NCBI GenBank assembly: GCA_040954595.2
Contig: CM082582.2
Coordinates: forward strand, 12,334,415-12,398,414
Origin: Balanoglossus misakiensis
Taxonomy: Eukaryota > Animalia > Hemichordata
DNA: 64,000 bases
Direction of reading: 5' to 3'
The notes under the pieces are model-generated. The model searched no databases, was not told the DNA's origin, and saw only the letters and a program-made list of their open reading frames with translations. Shown here piece after piece: positions 46,401 to 59,864 of the stretch (its first letter is position 1; every line of letters starts with the position of its first letter). The translations under genes were made by a program, and so were the position numbers.

Positions 46401-49400
46401 ATAATTATCAGTCTGCCGTCATACCACAGAGATGTTTCAAATTCTCGTTTCCCTTCTTCACAGGTGGACCACTGTGTGTGACAGATGCCAATCTGGTTCT
46501 GGGCAGAATCCTGCCGGAATACTTCCCCAAAATATTTGGTCCAAATGAAGACCAGCCTCTTGACAGAGAAGCAACTCATACTGCATTTGAGAAACTAGCA
46601 ACGGAAGTAAGACCATGTTGGACTCTACTTAATAACAGTGTTTTCTAAAAATTCAAGGAAAGGATATGCTGTGGGTTATAAATGTGCTCCAAATGTGAAA
46701 TTATTGTGTACTGTATTCTCACTATCCATTTTCTGCTCCTCAACCAGGTCAATGAATTCCTTGCAAGTCAACCAGAAGGTGTTCACAAAGAATCTCTGTC
46801 AGTACAAGAGGTTGCCATGGGTTTCCTACGTGTTGCTAATGAAACTATGTGTCGACCAATCAGAGCTCTAACTGAGGTAAAGAATAAATCACAAAAGTAG
46901 TTAGAACTTGCATACCTGGGCCCATTATGCCAACCCTGTGACAGGCCCTGGTTTGCTAAAGTTGTATATTTTCATTGATATTGAAATGCCACACTCACAC
47001 TACATTCATATATTTAATACTCAGGCCAAAGGTCACGACACATCAAAACACGTGTTGGCATGTTTTGGCGGTGCAGGTGGTCAGCATGCATGTGCTATTG
47101 CAAGATCCCTTGGTATGTCCATGGTTTTCATTCACAGGTAAAGATTTGTTTCCAATTGATTAATTCCAGATGTCAGCCTTCATAAACCTGCATTTTAGAA
47201 AATCTTGTTAAAATCTAAATTGTGCTTTTTCTTTGCCTACAATACATTACAGCATCTTAACTCTTTTGCTATTTGTAGATATGCAGGTATTTTGTCAGCA
47301 TATGGCATGGCATTAGCCGATGTGGTACACGAAGTCCAGGAACCATGTGCTTTAGAGTACAAACCAGAGTCGTTCCGCAAGATTGACGAGAGAATAGAAG
47401 CCATGAGAAAAGAGTGTATTGAAGAATTGACAAGAGAAGGCTTTGCAAGGTGAGTCATCCATCAGTCATGTTGTTCTCGTTCTTGCAATATATACAGCAT
47501 ACTGAAGGCCTGATCATTGCTGCAGGTTTTGTCTCTGTTTCTGACTTTTTAAAAAATATTGCAGCTACATTAACATCTGACCAATTACTCTTTTTTTTTC
47601 TAACAAAACAGAACTCACATTGAAACTGAACCGTTCCTCCATTTACGTTACCAAGGCACTGACTGTGCATTGATGTGTTCAGCTTCCGGTGAAGAATACA
47701 AAACTCATGGAAAGAGCTGTCAACATGGAGATTTTGAAAAAGCGTTCACTGATAGGTAATTCTCTGATATTATGCTAGATTTCACACATACAGGACAAAA
47801 ATAAAACCATGAAATTTGAATGACCTTTGCATACTGACAGCCAACAACTGCATAGTTAATATTTACCAACCGATTATGGACCGATAATGATGTGATTTAT
47901 TTAAGAAATGACCCAGTTTGTTTCTACGTTAATTTCCTTGATAGGTACAAGAGAGAGTTTGGTTTCACCATCACTGGGAGACCAATCCTAGTTGATGATA
48001 TTCGTGTGCGTGGAACTGGTAAAACATTCTTTGGTGATAATGAAGAAATAACTCAATCTGGAAAGCCCCCAAGGGTTGACAAGGTAAATCTTCAATCAAT
48101 TCAACTATCTCTCTGTATTTAATATGCATGTTACGTGTAAAAAAATAAACAAGAGTGTTAATATGAATGTTGTTCGCTGTGCTAACTTCTAGGTAACTCA
48201 GTGTTATTTTGAAGATGGTGGAATGTTGGATACAAATTTGTATCTGTTAGAGGAGTTGTCGTCTGATCATATCATAAAGGGTCCAGCCATTTTGATTGAG
48301 AAGAACAGCACTGTCATTGTAGAACCCAATTGTCAAGCTTCCATCACAGCACATGGAGATGTCAAAATACAGGTATGAAATCAACTTGACATCATTCTAT
48401 GGGTGTAAACCACTCTGTGTGTGCCAGTAAAGCATGTTGATATCAATTGTAGTTATAATGAAAGTTTGACGAATACTGATAGAAATCTGTTGTACTTTAT
48501 GTTGCAGATTGGAAGTGGTGACATGAAGGCCATTGATACAGAGTTGGACACTATACAGCTATCTATATTCTCACATCGTTTCATGTCCATTGCTGAACAA
48601 ATGGGTAGAGTGCTTCAAAGAACAGCCATTTCTACAAATATCAAGGTAGGGTCAGATCAAATCACCAGCCGACTTTCACCATGGTACCTGCTCTGTAAGA
48701 ATGTGAAATTTTATTTAGCCATATTAAATGTTTTATCCATCCTATGAAACAGGACTCAATCTGATATTTATATTACACTTCAGAGTAAAGAAAACTGACA
48801 AGTAACATTATTCTGCTCACATACTTATTCCAGGAACGGTTGGATTTTTCATGTGCTATGTTTGGACCAGATGGTGGCCTAGTTGCCAATGCCCCACATA
48901 TACCTGTCCATCTTGGTGCCATGCAGGAAACTGTACAATATCAGGTACGCTCATGTTCATGGTTTAGGGGTTAACTAAGTGACTGTTTAATAGTCTGGAT
49001 TGAAAGAAACTACAGTTTAACAGTTTGCCATGAAGTGAGCCCAGAATTGTTGATTTTGTATGCTTTTGTGTTAATTTTCTTGTCTGCATATCTGTTTCAT
49101 TATTTAGATAGCAGTATTGGGTGATAATCTGCATGAAGGTGATGTCATCCTTGCAAATCATCCAAGTGCTGGTGGCAGCCATCTTCCAGATTTCACTGTT
49201 ATTACTCCGGTGAGTGTTGATAGACATGGCTTTGTTAAAACTGTTTGGCCGGCTATAGAATGAACTTTGAGGTTAGATTTCTGTGTCAATAGTATGAAAT
49301 CTTCTTGATGTTAAATATCACAGATATAGAGCAAACCAGACTGACAACAATTGTATGTTTGATGACAGGTTTTCTACAAGGGTGTGGCTAAGCCAGTATT

Positions 49401-52400
49401 CTTTGTAGCAAGTCGTGGTCACCATGCCGACATAGGTGGTATAACACCAGGATCCATGCCACCTCATTCCAAATCATTGGCAGAAGAGGGCGCTATCTTC
49501 AAAACATTTAAAGTAGTAGAGAATGGAATCTACCAGGAGGAAGCTTTGATAGGCCATTTAATGGCACCTGGAAAACTTCCAGGTAATAGTGGGACTAGGA
49601 ATCTCCATGACAACCTTGCTGATGTCAAAGCTCAAATTGCTGCCAATCAAAAGGTAAGTTGTGTTTGGTGTTAAAAGTCAACTGAATTGAAAACTGACAA
49701 ATACAAAAGTATTCACTCAACTTTCACTTCTCATTCACAACATTTGATGTTCATAGTTCAGTCTACAAAGGATGTCTTGTCTTTTATTTCAGGGTATCAT
49801 TCTGATCAAAGAACTGATAGATATATACTCTCTGAAAGTGGTCCAAGCTTACATGGCTCACATACAAGTAAGTTTTATCTGTACTTGCTCATTCTGAGGG
49901 AGATTATTGTAAGCCGTGGAAAGTGGTGGGAATACCTCAAACATAAAAATGGAACTCAATCAAATGTTAATGCTGTTATTTTATCGTCACAGCGTCATGC
50001 TGATATCTCAGTTCGTGAAATGTTGAAGGAAATCGCTCGGCGTACCAAGGAGAAAACAGGCAGCTGCAGATTATCAGCCGTGGATCACATTGATGATGGA
50101 TCACCATTGGTGCTCAATATTGACATTGATGAGAAAGAGGTAGGCTAGTAAACACTAAGATCTCTCTGCATGGTACAGTTCGATATCAGTTGGCAAGTCG
50201 TATTCTCAGTTTACTTACACACAATGGCCTAATGTCAGAACTACCGTACATAAGACATGATGAAAGCTATCAGTTCTGAAATTTACATATGATCGAGTGA
50301 GTGAGTGAATGAATGAATGAATGAATGAATGAATGGAGAGTTATTATTTCTGTTATAGACATATCTACTAATCGCTCGCTTTGTTTTCATACACAGGGGA
50401 GTGCTGTCTTTGATTTCACTGGTACTGGTCCTGAAGTCTATGGCAATTTGAATGCACCACGAGCTGTTACTGTGTCAGCATTGATTTACTGTTTGCGATG
50501 TATGATTGGACATGATGTGCCTCTAAACCAGGTCAGTCTCTACAAATTAGACCTGTCGTACCTGCAAGTAGTTTCTGTAGATTTCAAACCTAACTGCATA
50601 TGATGTTCTTCCAGGGTTGTCTGAAACCAGTGACAGCGATTGTTCCAAAGGGGTGCTTTCTTAATCCTATGGATGGAGCAGCTGTTGTCGGTGGCAACGT
50701 ACTCACATCTCAGAGAATCGTTGATGTGGTTCTCAAAGCCTTCTCAGTGTGTGCTGCATCGCAGGTAATTAAGGCTTGATATTAAGGCTTGTATGTATGT
50801 GTGTGTGTGTGTGTGTCTGTCTGTGTTTGTGCATTTCAGTTACTTTGTGATTGACTATGAAAGCACAATAAACTTTCCCCCCTTATTTGATAAGTAGAAG
50901 CATGCTTTACACTGTACAAATCACTTCCTGCTGTCATCTCTGTCCAAACTGACACCAAATGAAATATCTTTACAGGGCTGTATGAACAATGTCACATTTG
51001 GCGATGAGGATGTAGGTTACTATGAAACAGTAGCAGGAGGTGCTGGAGCAGTAAGTTGTATTTTCATCATTTAATTTCTCCTTTCTTTCTTTAAATATTT
51101 CCCATCCCGTAGGGTTGTATGAATGTAACTACACTTGGGAAAGATGACTTTGGTTACTGTGAAACTGTTGCAGGAGGGGCCGGTGCTGTAAGTCGCATCA
51201 CAGATACATTTTTCTGGCTGCTTGCAACCATGTTTCTGTCTTCCAAAAAATGGAAAACCAGGCTGCCTGCTGTTAAATCTAGAATGGTATTTCCTTTCAG
51301 TCAAAACACGTACTGTACAAAGAATGTACAGCAACGTGGTTGGTATGTTTCTATGTGCACAAAATGAGTCAAACCAGCAAAATTAACCCTAGAGCCAACA
51401 GTTTAAACCTTTCATTGGTATGTACAAATCAATCCTGATCTGTGTGATTTTCCATGCAGGGACCAACATGGGATGGTCGTAGTGGTGTACACACTAACAT
51501 GACAAATACAAGAATCACTGATCCAGAGATTTTAGAAAGAAGGTAACAGTGGACTGACAATTCCATTTGTGTCGACATTCTGATTTACTCCATGCAGATC
51601 TTAGAGAAGGGATCTGAAAACAGTCTTGCATGCATGATCTCTCATTGGATTTTGAAACTGAACATAAGTATTCCATTACTGCATCTGCATCTATGAAATC
51701 TATGAAGTTTCTTCCTATGTGTATTTCACAGATATCCAGTGGTGCTAAGAAGTTTCAGTTTAAATCCAGGCACAGGTGGCAATGGTCTCTATAGGGGTGG
51801 TGATGGGGTCGTCAGGGAGTTGCTCTTCAGACGACCTTTGACCCTGTCTATTTTGAGCGAGAGAAGAGCCTACAGACCATATGGGATGAAAGGTTGGTGA
51901 TGTACACAAATCCTTCAGGCTTGTCTGTACTTGCTGCCTCGGAAGGTTGATCAATATATACATGTAGGTCCAACTATAATTGGTGTAATTCTGATCAAAT
52001 GGGAGCACAGTGTACTTGACACTATTTTAATAGTTCAAGATGATAAAGATAGTTGACATCACTGATTTCTTTTTACTTGATTAGGAGGAGAACCAGGCCA
52101 AACTGGGAAAAACTACCTGATATTCAAAGATGGACACACTATTAATTTAGGTGGCAAAGCATCTGTTGGTGTACAGGCCGGGGTAAGAATCGTTTTGAAC
52201 AGAGAATATGCAATATCACATCAGATATGCATCTCAGTTTAATACATATAGGCACCATGTTTTGTGGATCCAAGCAACATAATATTCAACAAATTGAGAT
52301 TTTCATGTTGTCTTTCTCTTTAATTACAGGATGTGTTTCAGCTACAGAGTCCAGGTGGTGGTGGCTATGGGGTACCTGAAGGCAAAGATGATCCTTCACA

Positions 52401-52500
52401 ACCAGCTTCCAAAAAGAGGAAATATGATGAAGTAGCAAGTCACCATTATCATGAAAGGGGCAGTCTTTATGCATATAAATTGGCTCAGGAACAGGCATAG
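43481..52500 (+). CDS. OPLAH: 5-oxoprolinase (ATP-hydrolysing), about 29 exons
   Basis: [88 protein letters not shown]; stop TAG at 52498-52500. Confidence 0.96.
51113..51187 (+). CDS. OPLAH: Duplicated alternative OPLAH exon (paralog of 50976-51050)
   Basis: 75 nt, AG/GTAAGT flanked, phase 0, [25 protein letters not shown] vs [25 protein letters not shown]. Confidence 0.8.
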
Positions 52501-53768
52501 GTATAGATATCAAGTGGCCCTAGAATTAGGATACTTGTCCAAAGATTGAGAAGATCAACAGATCTATAAAATATTGGAGGAAATCGTGTTCAAGGAAATC
52601 AGTACGAACAAGAAATATGCCGCCTGTCAGTTGTGTTTTGATAAATACTCAACTCAGCCATTTGCTATCAAAACTTTATAAAAATCAAAACACACATGCA
52701 CCAGGGACATAAAGAATAGGTTGTCCAAGAAAAGCTGAAATACAGTACTAACTGTTTTTTATCATGATTTGGTATTTTTTATTTGATTAATTTTGGGGAC
52801 TGTTTATTTTAGGTATATTAAAAATATATTCTTTGTGTGGTGACAATAGAATATTTTGATTATAGTAATAAAGAAGAAATGCCATCTTTTGGTCACACAG
52901 GGTAGGTTGGAAAGGGAATAAATCATGTTTTTGAGGGTCTTGTATTCAAATAAAATTGAACCATGAAAATAAAAAAGGTTCAGTCTGTGTTTTAACCTTT
53001 CCACCATCATGGCTTGGTCCAAATCAAATCCCCCAAAATACCAGTGGCTGTTTAAAGCAAGAAATCATAAAGTACACAGAAGATATGAATATAGATGACG
53101 GCCACCTCTGCCACTTATACTGTTACTGTATACGAAAGACCAAAAATCACAAGGAGAGGTCGTGTATTGGTTTGATTTAAATATTTAATTGCATAACAAA
53201 GTACATGAATATTATTGTATGCAAATAACAACGTCTGCTGGTGGCTGCATTTCAAATTATGTGATGTCACTCAAGCTTAAACTGCCTTCAGCGGTAGCAC
53301 TGGTGGTCCTACTGAACGTTCCGACCAATCATTCTGTAAAATGAACACGATAATCAAATAAGACCAACAAGAAAGGTTCCTTCGATTGGCTTGGCGTGAG
53401 ACCAGTGGACATCAGAGGAATGCTTCAACATTGGCTAAAAGGTTAGTCTCACGTGTAAGAAAAAGCATGACTGGGCATTTGTTGTACACCTATAGCTAGC
53501 TCACGTGCACTGCCAATATTGGCGTCCTGTCCTGAACAGGTCATGGTGCCTGTGTGACGATTATTGGCTTCCCGAGTGCTTCCGTGGTAAAAAGTAATTC
53601 AATCGGGGCGACCAAGAAAATCTGCTCCATTACATGCACTGTTGTGGCCAGCGTAAGTTTTTACCCCTTGTGTGAGTTTCGGGTCAACCGAAGCTATTGT
53701 TCAGATTATGATATATATCTTTATTAATTATTATTACAATAGTGTTCTTTTATATATGGTCTACTTAC

Positions 53769-54912
53769 CCGGACTAGCAACTAGGGTCGGACAAACTGAA
53801 ATGGAATTTCATAAATACGCCTTTTAATTTACTATTTTTAATTTGTGCTGATACAGTATGATGTTTCATACTTAATGGATTGCCAGTTTTAGTCTCCCCG
53901 CCCAATTTATGAAAATTCTATTGCATAAAGTTTTTTTAACTTTCACTCGTGTGACCCGTCACATACGAAATTTCCCGACTGCTGATCATTTCGCAAAAGA
54001 ATTGAGCAATTGTGTCTCTGGCCGTACAAAATATTGTAATGAGAACGTGGATAGACTTGTTGCACCTGGTTTGTCAAACAAAAGGATATTGTCCCTTCCC
54101 CCTGGGCACGACAAAAGAAATTTGCATGTTAACATTTTTGAAAGATTGACCGCTTCAGTTGATCATGAAAAGATTCTCAACAGTTTGTCCATTTGCGCTT
54201 ACTGTGACGCTTTTGTTGGGTTTATTTGAAAGTTGAAATTTCTACGTACATTCAAGGATCTTTTCGACTTGTCGTCGAGCAACGCAGACCAGGTTCGATT
54301 CGTCGTCGAAGGCCGACGTACAGTCTCTCTTGCCGTCACAGCCATGTTGAATTGGCATACAGTATCCGTCACAATCCAAACCAAGGGGATACGGCATAAT
54401 TGTCTGTGTGCAAACTAAATGAGAAAACCAGAAAACATTCTCAAAAACCCTCAGTCATCTTTTGTAAGTTTGACGCTTAAATAGGTTATCAAAGATTTAC
54501 TACGCGATACATTTTGTATTGGTAAAATTTTCTTACCAGCCGCGTTTATCTGACATCCCAGAACGGCAATTATCTCTTGCACTATATCCCTTTCTTGATC
54601 GCCAGGGACACCATTCTTCTCCCATCGCGGTTTTATCTAGAATAAAATAAAATACATTTCAGCTACATTTCATTCATGATTGCAGTAAGGATGTTGAGAG
54701 TGGTGTGATCGCGTTGGTCCGAAATGGTTAAACTGAACGACTAAAATTAGTCTTTACTGAAACATAAAATTGACACAAAACCCCAAAACATACGCCAAGG
54801 AAGGAAAGGTAAAAAAGGGTGGGTTTACCTCGTCTTCTTTTTCTGCCCGATTTGCGTCCACGGTGACGGCAATGCCGCAAGAACAAGCCACTAAAAGCCA
54901 AAAGATACGCAT
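53769..54912 (-). CDS. Small secreted protein with one LDLa-like cysteine module; last exon uncertain
   Basis: Exons 54912-54829 (signal peptide MRIFWLLVACSCGIAVTVDA), 54636-54537, 54414-54250 (CDGYCMPIQHGCDGKRDCTSAFDDESNLVC), 53795-53769 join in frame with canonical splice sites. Confidence 0.6.
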
Positions 54913-55556
54913 GTCTACTGTTGACGATACCAGTGACACTAACAAGTGTGTTGCAAATCGGAGTACATTCGGCGGCTTATATCGGTGTTCAAATGAATGC
55001 GGTATTGTTTAACCAATATGAATTGATGACTGTCATTTTCTCGGTATTTAAAAAAAGAAAGTTCCATCAAAATTTGTTGCAAATGTAAATTGGGCGACTT
55101 TTATTGATGTTTCTTTATTTTAAAAGTATTATCTGGCCAATTTATGGAAGTAATTGGTCACTGTTGTTTTCTAGATGCATATATTTGGCAAAACAGGTTT
55201 TCCATCAACATTAAACTCGAGACAGTTTCGCATTTTGCGTAATTAAACCACACAAGCTAGTACATGCACTCGCTTTATTTCTAACTATGACGAGCGAGGC
55301 CAATTTTGGTGCAGAGAAAAGTCGCCAGCGATTGTTTATCTAACTTAAGGCAACAGCTATTATATGCTATCAATCACAAAATAAACGGCTATATATTTTA
55401 ACAATCTAACACCCGTGATTATTATCAAGAGTTATTTCAGTTAACGTTTTTTAAAAAGTTACTCGTGCGTGCGCGCAGTTCTAATCTCTGGAATATGTTC
55501 AATCGCCGCCCTTGGTAGCCCATTGATTAGTTCTAAGTAATTTTTGCATGGTTGGT

Positions 55557-57329
55557 TCACAATTCTTCTTTCGACATCAGTTTGGAAGGAAATCCCCGAT
55601 CTTGAATGATTTTGGAGTAAAATTTTGCCGATTCCCTTGGAATTCTTCTTCTGTCCGGATCCGTAAAGTTAACATAGTGAAGACCAAACCGAAGCGAGTA
55701 ACCTTTTGTCCAGGCGAAGTTGTCCATGAGTGACCATGCAAAGTAACCCCGTACATCCACATTGTCATAGACTTGGGCTGAAAAAAAAATACACTGCAGT
55801 GGTTTCGACATATCACAGATCAGGTTAAGTAAGCTGGTCATGGTTTGAAATCATGTAAGAAAACATTTGCCGCATTGAGCGTCAACAGATTCTACAATGA
55901 ACACTTCGTTAATTCGCAGACAGACCCCTCCGTTCTGTCCTTCAGTGCTTACTGCGAAATGGCCATATGTTTCAACTATACGAGCACTATCCTTACCTTT
56001 TAAGACTTCATTAAGATATGCTGTCATGAATAGGATTCTGTCTTCATCATTCAGATGTGGTTCATCGCCAGTATTTTTGTTGGGTGTTCCGTTTTCAGTG
56101 ATGAAGATGACGGGACGGTTGTAAAGTTCGTGTATCCACTGTAAAACGTTCCTAATACCCCATGGCACAGTAGTGAATTGGCCATCTATGATTGTCCAAT
56201 CATCTGCAAAACTGGCATGAACACTATGAAGGCCTATGATTGGGTCATATTTCTCAGATTCTCGCTTTTTGGCCATTAGTGTCCTGTAATGGTTAATGCC
56301 AACGAAGTCACAGCTGCCAGTGAGAAGTTCCCGTTCTCCCTGAGTGAATTCTGGCAATTTTACATCAGTGTACCGCCTGATATACTGCTTCATTTCTGAA
56401 GGGTAGTCACCATAGAACAGTGGGTGTAGAAACCATCCCAGGGTCATCAGCATGTACAGCTTAGCAGCTTCAACGTCAGCATTTGTGTGAGTGGCAGGTT
56501 CTGCCCAGTCGGCCATATTGGCCAAACCCACCAGCCCATCTTGGTGTCTGCGATATCTCTCATCGTAGTGCTTCCATACCAAAGCATGGGCTAAAATCAT
56601 ATTGTGCGCTGCTTCATAACAGTGTTGTAGTTTCAGTTCAAACCCGGGTGCCATGTTACCATGGCGATGGCCAGACATGATATAAGTGTATGGTTCATTG
56701 ATGGTAACCCAGTACTTCACTCTGTCACCAAATTCATTGAAACAGAGATCAGCGTAGTGGACAAATAGCTTTATGGTCTCCGAGCTCTGAAACCCTCCCA
56801 GATAATCTTGTAAGTCTTGCGGCATATCAAAGTGAAATAAAGTGACAACAGGTTGAATGTTGGCCATGATTAAGGTGTCAATCAGTTTGTTGTAGTACTG
56901 CAATCCTGCTTTATTTGGAGGTTTGTGTCGCGTGCCATCGGGCAACAGGCGAGACCAGGAGATCGAGAAGCGGTAGTGTGTGACACCGAGATTTTTCAGA
57001 ATCTCTACATCACTGGCAAATTTATGATAGCTATCACATGCAGTGTCACCAGTCTGGTTCATATGAATACGCCCCCTGCCATGTGTGTGCGTGTCCCATA
57101 TGCTTTCACCTTTACCATCGGAGTGCCAAGCGCCCTCTATCTGGTAGGCTGAGGTAGCCACGCCCCAGGCAAAGTGCCTACCAAAGCGTCCATGGAGAAA
57201 TGCATCACGCTTCTCATCTCTGAAATTTGGGTAGAGGAATTTATCATCAATCAGGTCCAAGGAAGTTGCGATTTCCAGGAGGGCCATCAACCAGATCGCA
57301 GATACAGACGCTGACAAAATTGTCTTCAT
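55557..57329 (-). CDS. Glycoside hydrolase family 1 beta-glycosidase (lactase-phlorizin hydrolase-like single domain), copy 1, 517 aa
   Basis: Exons 57329-55997 and 55777-55557; [24 protein letters not shown], signal peptide, C-terminal KEEL. Confidence 0.93.
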
Positions 57330-58127
57330 GTTGAAGGAATTTCAGATCTGACAAATGAAAACCGTACAAACACTGAATTTAAAGCCTACAGCCGAAATTA
57401 TGAAAGGTCGCCGATTCAATATGTGATCTAGACGTCCTGTGTGCACTGAACACACGATGTGTTTATCTAACACAAACAACAGAACCTCTCATAAAAGAGA
57501 TGCGGTATCATTAGACTAATTACAGATGGTAGTCTGGAAACACGCTCCCCCTCAGACTATTTCATAGTTTCTTTTACTAATAACTCAAAAGAATCGGTTG
57601 TTTTCAACAGATTCAGGGTTCAGCACCTGTGGTTATAATGTCAAACTTCTGGTTTCAATATTCAGTAAGACTATAGTCTGTGCGGGAAGACTTACCTGAT
57701 ATTTTCCTACACAGCACTCGGTGAAAAAAACGTTCAACCACACACACTCCCACTATTTACATACCAGGAGTGGAGGGGGCGTTTCCTTTGACCTATGATC
57801 TTGCATAGAAAGTTATACTTTTATGTCTTATCTCACTTGTCAAGCCTATCGGTCACTTTGTGCATAGAGAAGTATTACATAAGAGGGTCAGTATTTGACC
57901 TTGGACTTCTTGGCAATTTTAATGTAGTCACAATAAATGCACACCTGGTTCTAAAATGTGTTGTAGACCTGCAATGATATTTGGACTTTTGAATAAGTAT
58001 GCTTCAAGTCAAATGCCACACAATTTTATTCTACATAAACGTTCCATTTACACATTCTGACTATGTCACTAGAGAAAATATTGCTTCTCTCAAAATTAAG
58101 CATAATTCTCAAATGTTTGAAATTCTC

Positions 58128-59864
58128 TCACAAATCTTCTCTAACTTTGGAAGGAAAACCATGATCTTGAATGATGTCACTGTATGCCTTGGCTGATAGC
58201 CTTGGAATTCTGGGTCGGGCTGGGTCGGTGAAGTTGACATAGTGCAGACCAAACCTCATCATGTAGCCATGGGTCCACTCAAAATTGTCCATCAGTGACC
58301 ATGCAAAGTAGCCACGTACATCAACGCCATCCACGACTTGAGCTGAATGTGGAAGACAAAATGTCATTTAGCATATACCTTACCTAAACTTGTAAGACAA
58401 AATTCAGAGATCACCTGTCATTTAGCATGCTAATGTAGACACATCCGACAGTCGCATCACATTTTGAAGAATTTCGGTGGTTTTAAGGTTCTACTTTCAT
58501 TCGCTCATCCATCCATCAACTTGCATCTTACCTTTCAAGACTTCATTGATGTAGGCTGTCATATACCTCACTCTTTCTACATCATCCAGATTTGGATCAT
58601 CCCCAACATGCGGCATGCCGTTCTCTGTGACAATGATTGCAGGGTTGTGGAAGTGTTCATGAAGCCAATTCAGAACTCTGCGCAATCCCCATGGTACGAT
58701 GGTGTAGTATCTTTCCAGCACCAACCAGTCTTTTCCATATTCCGATCGGACCGTCTCCGGATCAAATAGTTTCGCCGGCAGCTCATTATCCCGCTCTTTG
58801 ACCATCACGGTCATGTAGTGATTCACACCATAGAAGTCACAACTTCTGGTCAGGATTTGTTCTTTTTCTTGTGGCGTGAATTCTGGAAGTTTGATCTCCG
58901 TGTGTCTTTCAATGTATTCCTTCATCTCGTCCGGGTAATCGCTATGGTAATGCGGGCGAGCGAACCAACCAATGGTCATTTGCATAAACAAATTAGCCGC
59001 CTCCAAGTCAGCAGCCTTCTGTGTCATTGGCTCGGCCCAGATGGTCGTGAATGCCATGCCAACCAATCCCTGCTGCTCTCTGCCGTATCGTTCGTGATAT
59101 CGTTTCCAAGCACGCGCATGCGCTAGGATCAGGTTGTGTGCAATATTAAAGCCACGTTGGGAAGGAAGTTTTAAGTTTGGAGCCAGTTGGCCTTGTTCAT
59201 GACCAAAGACTACATATACATATGGCTCATTGATAGTGATCCAGTATTTGACCTTTTCACCGAATTCACGAAAGCAAAAATCGGCAAAGAACAGAAAGTG
59301 TTGTACTGTCTGCCTGTTTTCAAATCCACCAATATCTTGCAAGGCTTGAGGCAAATCAAAGTGAAAGAGAGTCACCACTGGTTCAATGTTGGCTTCAATG
59401 AGTGCATCGATCAATCGATGGTAGTACTTCACACCAGCTTTATTCACATCACGATTCAAAGTCCCATCTGGCATCAAACGAGACCAAGAGATCGAAAACC
59501 GATAATACGTCACACCCAGGTCTTTCAAAATTGCTATATCCTCTTCTATCTTGTGGTAACTATCACATGCAATGTCTCCTGTGTGATTCATAAAGACGTG
59601 GCCGCCTTCATGAACACAGGTGTCCCAAATACTCTCACCTTTGCCATCTTCATTCCACCCTCCTTCTATCTGATACGCCGATGTAGCCACACCCCATGCA
59701 AAACCCTTCTTGAAACGGTTGACATAGAAACTGTCGCGTTTTTCATTTTGAAAGTTTCTGTACACAAATTTATCGTTGATGAGCTCCAAGCACTGTGTGG
59801 GTTGGTCGATGACGAGGAAAGTCAAAACTTTGACAAGGATAGCCAGTCTTGTAAATAATGGCAT
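58128..59864 (-). CDS. Glycoside hydrolase family 1 beta-glycosidase, copy 2, 515 aa
   Basis: Exons 59864-58532 and 58342-58128; [19 protein letters not shown], signal peptide, C-terminal REDL. Confidence 0.93.
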
